Positions 8,174-15,687 of a DNA stretch of 52,397 nt are shown in pieces. Numbering within the stretch: the stretch's first letter is position 1; the number at the start of each line of letters is the position of its first letter. This stretch comes from an uncultured Spirochaetaceae bacterium (lineage in GTDB: Bacteria > Spirochaetota > Spirochaetia > JAFGXN01). Where the stretch lies: contig CAYJGX010000007.1 in NCBI GenBank assembly GCA_964369795.1, positions 1 to 52,397 on the forward strand, written 5' to 3'. The position numbers were made by a program, and so were the translations under genes. The notes beneath the pieces were generated by a model. That model was not told the DNA's origin. It saw nothing but the letters and a program-made list of their open reading frames with translations, and ran no database searches.

Positions 8174-9161
8174 TGAAAAGAGGAGAAGATTAGCGGCGTT
8201 GCTTGCTCTTTGTTTTTTTCTTGGTATTATCGAAAACTTAATTCCTAAGCCACTGCCTTTTTTCCGGTTGGGACTGGCAAATCTGCCTCTTGTTCTTGCC
8301 CTGCCCCTTTTAACCTCTTGGGAATATTTTTTCTTGGTTTTCATTAAAATTTTTATTTCTGCGTATATGGGTGGAACTCTTTTTAGCCCGTTGTTGCTGT
8401 TAGCCTTATCGGGGTCACTTGCTTCGGGGCTAGGGATGTGGCTTTTATACAGGCTCTCAAGAGGCTCTTTCTCTCTTGTCGCTATTTCGGTGGCGGGAGC
8501 ATTTATACATGGGATTTTACAAATATTGGTTGCTAAAGAATTTTTGTCGGTTTCTTCTATCGATTATTTCTTTCTTCCTATCTTAGGAATTTCTTCTTTG
8601 TCTGGACTCCTAATAGGCATCCTAACGATTCGAATTGATTTTGACAGCTGGCTTCTGGAAATCGACCAAGATTTAGGGGTCTATAACCAGGGAGTGCAAA
8701 AGCGAAGAAAATCCTATCTTATTGCTTCTTTACTTTTGTTGATGTTAGGATTTGTATTCTTTTTTAGTGTAAAGGATTGGATCTGGCTTAACGCGATTAC
8801 TGGGGCGCTTCTTATTTTTAGAGTCATAACAGAAAGAAAGTTCAAAATAATGATTTACAGCCTTGGAAGTTATTTTGCGGTGCTCTTGCTCTTTCTACTA
8901 GCACCAGAGGGGCGTCTTATAGCAGAAATTGGCCCTCTTAAAATTTGCGAATCAAGTTTGATTGAGGGGCTCGAGAAGGGTGCCGTGCTAGTGGGTCTTA
9001 TCCAAATTTCGAAAATTATCTTTAGATGGTTGCTTCCTGCTTTTAGCTCGCTTGCTGGGGAAAGAGGCTTCTCTGGTGAATTCCTTTTTGTTTTGGGGAA
9101 ATTATTAAATAATCCTAAAGAAAATTTTAAAAAGCTTTTAGGTCGTTGCGAGAGGGGTTAG
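8157..9161 (+). CDS. Gx transporter family / heptaprenyl diphosphate synthase component I-like integral membrane protein with an extra C-terminal membrane half
   Basis: 334 aa polytopic protein. The N-terminal string LGIIENLIPKPLPFFRLGLANLPLVLAL matches the family signature. It overlaps the previous gene by 17 nt. Confidence 0.55.
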   Translation: MLLLSSEKRRRLAALLALCFFLGIIENLIPKPLPFFRLGLANLPLVLALPLLTSWEYFFLVFIKIFISAYMGGTLFSPLLLLALSGSLASGLGMWLLYRLSRGSFSLVAISVAGAFIHGILQILVAKEFLSVSSIDYFFLPILGISSLSGLLIGILTIRIDFDSWLLEIDQDLGVYNQGVQKRRKSYLIASLLLLMLGFVFFFSVKDWIWLNAITGALLIFRVITERKFKIMIYSLGSYFAVLLLFLLAPEGRLIAEIGPLKICESSLIEGLEKGAVLVGLIQISKIIFRWLLPAFSSLAGERGFSGEFLFVLGKLLNNPKENFKKLLGRCERG

Positions 9162-9174
9162 TATAAAGACTTTA

Positions 9175-9996
9175 TTATTTGTGCGGGATAGAGCGTTTAA
9201 AGCGTTCGATGGCGGTAACCGACCAAGCAAGACTGTCATAGACTCCTAAGTAGGCAGCTGTCTTTTCAATCTGCGATAAAATATCTTCGATGACCTCTTC
9301 CGCAACTAGCGCTTTTATATAATATTGTTTTTCAACTCCTTGCGAATGGTCGGCAAAGCCGATAAATAGAGGGGCACTAAATGAAAAGTTTTTTGCACTC
9401 GTGGTTTCTATGACTACCGAGTCTTGAACGTCGTTAGCAATGAGAATTTCTAGGATTCTATCTAATAAAGTTTTTTGTTTGATGAAAAGGTTTAACTCCT
9501 TGTAAACTAGTTCACTTGAACTTGCTTTTGGCGTCGCTCCTACCATTTCTAGAATGGTTTTATGTAGAATTTCGTTTGATTCACACGAGACGAGTTGCTC
9601 TAAATTTTCGTGCACCGATGCAATTCGAGAAAGAGTGGCAAGAATTCGTAAGTGCTGAGTCTCTTTTTCTTTCGGTCCTAAGATAAGGAAAAAAAGCTTT
9701 GAGTTGTTTTTGTCAATTGCTTCAAAGTCGATTCCTCCAGGGCGCGTAGCAACACACACGATAAATTGTTCTAATCCTGCTATTTGAGCATGCGGAATGG
9801 CAATTTCACTTCCAATTCCTGTAGAAAGCAGCTCTTCTCGTTGGGTGAGCAGCGATAACAGTTCTTCTTCATTTATGTGCGAAAGCTCGCTGTTGTTACT
9901 TGCTAAATCGACAAGCGCTTCTAGCATTTCTTTTTTATTGTTTCCATGAATATTGACTTGACAACATTTTGTATTGATTATTTTTGACCAATTCAT
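9175..9996 (-). CDS. PTS EIIA(Ntr)/PtsN-like domain protein with an uncharacterised C-terminal domain
   Basis: EIIA type-2 motif REELLSTGIGSEIAIPHAQ with the active-site His. The likely start is MNWSKII at 9996. The ORF track extends it to 10056 with a hydrophobic non-homologous leader. Confidence 0.65.
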   Translation of the reverse strand: MNWSKIINTKCCQVNIHGNNKKEMLEALVDLASNNSELSHINEEELLSLLTQREELLSTGIGSEIAIPHAQIAGLEQFIVCVATRPGGIDFEAIDKNNSKLFFLILGPKEKETQHLRILATLSRIASVHENLEQLVSCESNEILHKTILEMVGATPKASSSELVYKELNLFIKQKTLLDRILEILIANDVQDSVVIETTSAKNFSFSAPLFIGFADHSQGVEKQYYIKALVAEEVIEDILSQIEKTAAYLGVYDSLAWSVTAIERFKRSIPHK

Positions 9997-10089
9997 AACC
10001 TTCTCCCTAATAATGATAACCAAAAAAAAGCAATTTGTAAAATGTTTTTTTAGCAAAACTGTGATATATTATAAATTAAGGAGATGGAT

Positions 10090-11496
10090 ATGCGAAATTG
10101 GCAAAAGAAAGCACTTGTCTTATCGGGCGGAGGTGCGAAAGGATGCTACGAAATTGGAGCATGGAAATTTTTTGAAGAAAATAAAATCTATTTTGATGTG
10201 GTTGTGGGTGCAAGTGTAGGGGCGTTAAATGCAGCATTTGTTGCAAATAAAGATTTTAAAGTAGCCCAGGATGTATGGGCTAAAATTCAGTTGACCGATA
10301 TTGTCTACCTTCCTCCTGAACTAATTAAAGACGGAAAATTCGTCTTTAAAGGCAAGATTTCTAAAAACTTAAATATTCTTAGAAATGCCTTAGTAGATTT
10401 ACGACTAGATACAGCCCCACTTAAAAAACTAATTGAAACTTATGTAAATGAAAAAAAAATACGAAACAGTGGTGTCGAGTTAGGAATTGTTGCATATAAT
10501 GTATCGGATTTAAATGCGGAGATGCCTTTCTTAAGTGAAATCCCAATGGGATCCTTGCCAGACTATTTGTTAGCAAGTGCCTCTTTTCCCGCCTTTTCTC
10601 CTGCAAAAATAAATGGAAAAAAATTTATTGATGGTGGAGTGCATGACAATATGCCATTTCAAATGGTAAAAGAGAGAGGATATAAAGATATTGTCGTTAT
10701 CGATATTACAGGTCTCGGGATAAATCGGCGTCCTAATATCACAGGAACAAGGACACTATATATTAAGAACTCTATGGAGTTTGGAACGGTTAAAGATGTA
10801 TGGGGGATATTAAAATTTGAAAAAAAATTTCTAGAAGATTTTACGCAATTAGGCTACTTAGATACAGGAAAGGCGATGGGGCGGTTTATTGGGACTCGGT
10901 ATTTTTTTGATTTTGGGTACGAATATTTGCAATCACATGAAAGAATTTTACTTTCAAATGAGGCAAAAAAAACCATCTTAGAAAAATATCTCTATCTTCT
11001 AAACCGCAAACAACAGCAATTACTCCATGAATCATCATTTAAAAATTTCTTAGAGAGCCTGTTGCCGAAAAAACTTCAAAAATCGATATCGATTTCACTC
11101 AGTTATATCGAAATGATCTTTTTCGCACTCGGATTAGATGTTTTAAAATCATGGGAAGCACGAGATATGTGGATTGCAGTACAAGAACAATTTGCAAAAA
11201 TCTCAGAAGAGACTAATCAAAAAAATCCCATGGCAAAAAATTTAAAATTAAAATATTTCTTAACCGATATTGAAGCAAGGACTCAAAGGCGGGTTTTAGA
11301 TCCTAATACCTGTCCCGCTCCATATGAATATTATGTGTGGGAAGACAAGCAAGATACCGATCATGTTGTCAAATCGGTAGTGGCAAAGAAAAAAATAGTG
11401 CAACGCTTTCATTTGCTTCCTGCTATTATTGGCTTAGACCTATTTTGCGGGCTAGAAATTTCTGTTTTACCAAAAAAGAAATCAACCGATCTATAA
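10090..11496 (+). CDS. Patatin-like phospholipase family protein
   Basis: Oxyanion GGGAKG, nucleophile elbow GASVG and catalytic Asp in FIDGGVHDN. RBS AAGGAG lies 6 nt upstream of ATG 10090. There is a helical C-terminal extension of about 220 aa. Confidence 0.85.
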   Translation: MRNWQKKALVLSGGGAKGCYEIGAWKFFEENKIYFDVVVGASVGALNAAFVANKDFKVAQDVWAKIQLTDIVYLPPELIKDGKFVFKGKISKNLNILRNALVDLRLDTAPLKKLIETYVNEKKIRNSGVELGIVAYNVSDLNAEMPFLSEIPMGSLPDYLLASASFPAFSPAKINGKKFIDGGVHDNMPFQMVKERGYKDIVVIDITGLGINRRPNITGTRTLYIKNSMEFGTVKDVWGILKFEKKFLEDFTQLGYLDTGKAMGRFIGTRYFFDFGYEYLQSHERILLSNEAKKTILEKYLYLLNRKQQQLLHESSFKNFLESLLPKKLQKSISISLSYIEMIFFALGLDVLKSWEARDMWIAVQEQFAKISEETNQKNPMAKNLKLKYFLTDIEARTQRRVLDPNTCPAPYEYYVWEDKQDTDHVVKSVVAKKKIVQRFHLLPAIIGLDLFCGLEISVLPKKKSTDL

Positions 11497-11515
11497 GCAG
11501 ACGATTATCTAACCA

Positions 11516-14500
11516 TCAATTACCGCTAAGTAAATTTGATTCTAGGCTTTCTAGTACCTCATTAGATGTCAATACAAAGTAATCTTTATTTAGGGCTTCT
11601 GCCATTCCTTGATGAGTTAAATCAAATGGAATTTCGGGAGCAACTTGTAAGCGGGGCGAATTATCTTGATAGAGAACTCGGTGTTGATTGATTGCGGCAA
11701 CAGAGTTCAAATTCGGGATAGAATAATTTCTAATTCCCTCGATAGAGGCACCAGCTCTGATTTTGTCGACACGGCCTAATAAATTATAATATTCAATCGA
11801 TTTAGTGAACATAAGCATGGAGCGGTCGCGTTTGCTTAAATCACTTGAGCGTTGGTATTGTTTGAAATGGGTAATCCCAAGATTATTGTATGCCAATTCA
11901 AGATTTTGAACCGTATTCACCTGGTCTGTGCGTTCGTGGTTTAGCTCGCCTTGGAAACCTGGGATGAGTTCATTTAAAGATTGAATATAGCGAGTATAAT
12001 GGCTTTGCGCATGGGACAAATTATTGTCTTGTAGCATTGTATTTGCCATTGCAATAAGCGCATTTTGATTGTTTGGAGCCTCTTCTAGGACATAGTAGAA
12101 TTCTTGTTTCGCATTAGCGTAATCACCTCTCCAATAGTCAATAAATCCTTGCTTATAATCTAACCCATTTGATTTATATCGATGATTTTCTGCCATTGCA
12201 AATTGAATGTATGCAGCATCCAAATTTCCAGCATAGTAGTAGTAGATGTCGCCCATATTTGAATAGAGTTTGCCATATTCAGGATCTTCCGTAAGAACTT
12301 GTCGTTCAAGAAGATCTTCGTATTTGTTGATGGCTAATAGGTAGTGGTTTTTCGCAGGAATAATTTTATTGTTTTGATAGTTGAGTTCGCCGAGTCTATT
12401 GTGTGATAAAATGTAGATCCTTTGTTCGCGTCTAGAGAGAGCTTTTTTGGTTTTGAAAAGATTATTTACCTTAAGCAGGGACATTTCTTCAAGGTCATAG
12501 AGAGCTGCATTTTTTTGATATTGAGCTCTATGCCAAGTGAGTTCAGGGTCCATCGGAAATTCTTTCTCAAGTTCAGATAAAATTTTAGAAAATGGATGAT
12601 CAGAGAATTCTCTCTTTACAAGGAATTCTAAAATATCATTATAAATGAGGAGATCTTTTTTAGATTTCTTATATTCCTTATAATAAGTATCGGTTTCAAA
12701 AAGAAGGTCCAGGCGACTAATAAGAGGGATAAGCTGTTCTGTTTTTGCCTGATACCAAGCATTATATAGAGAATACTCAAAGATTTCTTTTTTTCCAGGA
12801 CTGACCACATATGCCTTAAGCTGTGAAAATGCCTCGTCATATTTCTGAGGATCCTTTGTCTCGTTGCCCCAGATCATATAATTACGGGCGAGAGCTAAAT
12901 CGGTTTCGGTGTCATTTCCTCTTCCCGGAAAAGGAATGCCTCGATTAGGGACGATTCCCCCAAATTTGATTTCTTGTAACTGTTTTTCAGCATCTGCAAA
13001 TCGTAAAAGAGTTTCGGATAGCATTGCAGCGTAGAGGAGTTTTGTCTCTTTGAGATTTTTTTGGCGCTGATAGAAATCGGTTAGGATTTGTTGATATTTT
13101 TTTTCTGCAAAGCGATATTGATGTTTGTCTTGATATGCTTGGGCAAACTTATGCGATTGTTTGTAGCTAGGGTTTCCGTAATATGGCCATTTTTGTTTTG
13201 GGCTTCCATAATAGGCTAGATCAAAACTTTCCTCTGCTGCAGAAAATCTATTTGCAGCAATGTGAGCTTTTCCCTCTTTATAGTGATGGCTAGCGACAGA
13301 CCAAGGAATGAAGTATCCAAAAAGAGTTCCAAGAATAATGACTAATGCAATTAAGACTGCAGCGGAAGTTAATATAATGGGTAGGTATTGAGTTTTAAAT
13401 TTATATAGGAAAGTCTCTTCTTTGTATTCGAAGTCTTCAGCGTCTTGTTTTTTAAATCCAGGAGGAAGTTTTATTTTCTTGCCGGTTGCTTTTTGTAGGT
13501 ATTCAACAATTCGCCGAAGTGATACCTCTTCTAATATCATAGAGGTCAAAATAACAATTTGATCCTCATTTGCTTCACTTCCTAAGAAATCTTCTACATC
13601 AATTTTTAAATTTCTAGGATAATTGGCAATGATTTCAACCAAGTCCTTAAAGTCTTCGTCGTCTATGGTAAAGAATTTTTCTTCTTCTGTTTGACCAGAA
13701 GCCATAAGGGGAGAATTATATGAAGAGGAGGAAGGAGTTGGGGCATCCTCGGTGGGGGTATGGCCTAATTCAAAGGCTTCAAATGAATCTATTTTTTGAT
13801 CGGGTTCTTCAAAGCTGATTTCTGGTTCATCAAATGAATCATCAAATTGAGGTTGTTCGCCTAATTCATCTAAGGTAAAAAAGTCTATATCGGTTGCATC
13901 GACCGACTCTAATCCTGCGAGTTCTCCTTGAAGAGAGGCGTTATTAAGATTTTCGTTGGAGGCAGAAGTAATTTCTGATAGAATATCGTTGCTACTAGAG
14001 AATTCGTCATCAAAGTCTAAGCCGTTATCACCAAGTTGTTCTTCAAAACTGTTTTCTGTCACATCAGAAAAATCTATTTCAGTTTCGGAATTTATAGGAG
14101 CCTCTTCGGTTATTTCATCACTAGATGCTTGAGAGAGAACACTATCAATGTCAAAGTCAAGTGATTTGCTTAGGTCTAGGTCAAAGTTTTCATTTGAAGA
14201 AACTGCTTCAGTTTCAGATTTTGGTTCGATCCCTAAATCACTTCCTAGATCGTCGCCAAGGTCAAATCCTAGTTCTGGGTCTGTGGCAACACCTAAATCG
14301 TCTCCAAGGTCAAATCCTAGTTCTGGGTCTGTGGCAACACCTAAATCGTCTCCAAGGTCAAATCCTAGTTCTGGGTCGGTGGCAACACCTAAATCATCTC
14401 CAAGGATAAATCCTAGGTCTGGGTCGGTATCGACTTTTGCGTCAGTAGCTATTTCGTTATCAAAGTCAGGTTCTGGGAGAGGCTCTAAATCACCTAAATC

Positions 14501-14776
14501 GAGTTCACCCATGCCAAAGTGCGATTCGTCTAATGTAGAAAAATCGGCTTTAGGGGTTTCATCCTCTTCTTGATTCTTAGAATAGATTGAGGCAAGAATA
14601 TCTTCTCCATCGGAGGAATCAATAGAGTCTACAAATTCTGCAAACTCAGAGTTCATAAAGTCCTCGTCAGGCAAAACGTCACGTATCGTTTCGCCCGTTT
14701 CAGCGAGAATCTCTTCTTCGTTACCTAATGAGTGGAGTGTTTTAATAAATAAATCAATAATGTCTAGGTCTGGCAT
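11516..14776 (-). CDS. Large bitopic protein: acidic repeat-containing N-terminal region, single TM helix, C-terminal TPR-like repeat domain
   Basis: 1086-1095 aa, starting at ATG 14776 with AGGAAG upstream or at TTG 14803 as in the ORF track. The N-terminal 480 aa or so is very D/E-rich and contains ATDPELGFDLGDDLGV repeats. The TM helix is YLPIILTSAAVLIALVIILGTLFGYFIPW. The C-terminal half has many A/Y/N-rich TPR-like helices. Confidence 0.8.
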   Translation of the reverse strand: MPDLDIIDLFIKTLHSLGNEEEILAETGETIRDVLPDEDFMNSEFAEFVDSIDSSDGEDILASIYSKNQEEDETPKADFSTLDESHFGMGELDLGDLEPLPEPDFDNEIATDAKVDTDPDLGFILGDDLGVATDPELGFDLGDDLGVATDPELGFDLGDDLGVATDPELGFDLGDDLGSDLGIEPKSETEAVSSNENFDLDLSKSLDFDIDSVLSQASSDEITEEAPINSETEIDFSDVTENSFEEQLGDNGLDFDDEFSSSNDILSEITSASNENLNNASLQGELAGLESVDATDIDFFTLDELGEQPQFDDSFDEPEISFEEPDQKIDSFEAFELGHTPTEDAPTPSSSSYNSPLMASGQTEEEKFFTIDDEDFKDLVEIIANYPRNLKIDVEDFLGSEANEDQIVILTSMILEEVSLRRIVEYLQKATGKKIKLPPGFKKQDAEDFEYKEETFLYKFKTQYLPIILTSAAVLIALVIILGTLFGYFIPWSVASHHYKEGKAHIAANRFSAAEESFDLAYYGSPKQKWPYYGNPSYKQSHKFAQAYQDKHQYRFAEKKYQQILTDFYQRQKNLKETKLLYAAMLSETLLRFADAEKQLQEIKFGGIVPNRGIPFPGRGNDTETDLALARNYMIWGNETKDPQKYDEAFSQLKAYVVSPGKKEIFEYSLYNAWYQAKTEQLIPLISRLDLLFETDTYYKEYKKSKKDLLIYNDILEFLVKREFSDHPFSKILSELEKEFPMDPELTWHRAQYQKNAALYDLEEMSLLKVNNLFKTKKALSRREQRIYILSHNRLGELNYQNNKIIPAKNHYLLAINKYEDLLERQVLTEDPEYGKLYSNMGDIYYYYAGNLDAAYIQFAMAENHRYKSNGLDYKQGFIDYWRGDYANAKQEFYYVLEEAPNNQNALIAMANTMLQDNNLSHAQSHYTRYIQSLNELIPGFQGELNHERTDQVNTVQNLELAYNNLGITHFKQYQRSSDLSKRDRSMLMFTKSIEYYNLLGRVDKIRAGASIEGIRNYSIPNLNSVAAINQHRVLYQDNSPRLQVAPEIPFDLTHQGMAEALNKDYFVLTSNEVLESLESNLLSGN
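14260..14403. repeat. Three perfect or near-perfect 48-bp tandem repeats, with degenerate copies on both flanks, inside the large acidic/TPR gene
   Basis: The unit GGTCAAATCCTAGTTCTGGGTCTGTGGCAACACCTAAATCGTCTCCAA starts at 14260, 14308 and 14356. A degenerate copy starts at 14404. Each unit encodes a 16-aa repeat on the minus strand. Confidence 0.9.
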
Positions 14777-14867
14777 AGATCTTCCTATTGATAATATCGG
14801 CAAATTCTTTTTTTTTATTAGTTAAAAACATTTTAAATTATTCCGATAAGAAAATATAGGAGTGAGT

Positions 14868-15611
14868 ATGGAAATAAACTCAAAAAAATACAAAAGATTC
14901 CTGTTTTTTGCCCTGTGCTTCTTTTCAAGTGTCTCTCTTTTTAGTTTTGAGGTAGTGGAAACAGATTTCAATCAATATATAACTGCTTCCCAAACAACTT
15001 TGTCGCAGACCATAATAAAGGCAACGGAATCGACTGCTCCCGAGCAGTTTGATGATTTAGTCTTATTCATGGCAAAGCCAGAATATTCTGCGCGCTATAT
15101 GGGAGTTGCATTTGAGCATGAAGATTTTCGTAAAATACATCTTTTTGCAAAGCAACACGAAGGGATTTATTATTTTCTTTATAAATTAAATGGGACGGAG
15201 ACTCATTTAGATTATCGTCTTATTGTAGATGGGGTTTGGTTTTCGGATGAATTACAACCCCTTTCATACAATGATTCGTATGGACATGAAATTTCACGTT
15301 TTGAAATAAGTCAAGATAAGATTGAGCAAAAATTCGGTGCTATCGAATTGGGAAAGAGAGAATTTCTTTTTCGATATAAAGGCGACGAGGGTAGCCGCGT
15401 CTATTTTAACTCCGATATAGGAAGTTGGGATCCCTTTAGATATAGAATGAAAGAAGTCGATTCTGGAATATATGAAGTGAAGGTTCGAATGACCCCAGGT
15501 GAGCATTATTATTACTTTGTTGAGAATGGCCATAAATTGCTAGGACAATCTGCACGAGATGTGAGAATCCATCAGATTGAAGGGGACGTAAATTCTCTAA
15601 TTGTGGAATAG
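14868..15611 (+). CDS. Secreted protein with two CBM48/AMPK-beta glycogen-binding-like (E-set) modules
   Basis: Signal peptide FLFFALCFFSSVSLFSF. Two modules carry the signature YRLIVDGVWFSDELQP and EHYYYFVENGHKLL after V/F-rich beta strands. RBS AGGAG lies 5 nt upstream of ATG 14868. Confidence 0.5.
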   Translation: MEINSKKYKRFLFFALCFFSSVSLFSFEVVETDFNQYITASQTTLSQTIIKATESTAPEQFDDLVLFMAKPEYSARYMGVAFEHEDFRKIHLFAKQHEGIYYFLYKLNGTETHLDYRLIVDGVWFSDELQPLSYNDSYGHEISRFEISQDKIEQKFGAIELGKREFLFRYKGDEGSRVYFNSDIGSWDPFRYRMKEVDSGIYEVKVRMTPGEHYYYFVENGHKLLGQSARDVRIHQIEGDVNSLIVE

Positions 15612-15687
15612 ATTTAGAATATTGCAATAAAAGATTATGTAAGTTTCCCTATTGTGTGTTATAATTTTCTTACTTAAGGAGCTGGAT

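Noticed and set aside
10090-11496. Patatin phospholipase as an effector of a CBASS-like or other defence system.
   Set aside because: No cyclase, sensor, nuclease or other defence-type partner is adjacent. The neighbours are an EIIA-like regulator and a TPR membrane protein on opposite strands. It is more consistent with a housekeeping or lipid-metabolism patatin.
14260-14435. Possible CRISPR-like array, given regularly spaced identical units.
   Set aside because: The units are directly abutting with no unique spacers, they are in frame inside a long ORF, and no cas genes are present. This is a coding tandem repeat.
14125-14573. Two plus-strand ORFs (94 and 141 aa) with striking Ser/Pro/Arg or Leu/Gly/Gln repeats.
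   Set aside because: They are antisense shadows of the 48-bp tandem repeats in the large minus-strand gene. The periodicity comes from the repeat, and they have no RBS or independent support.
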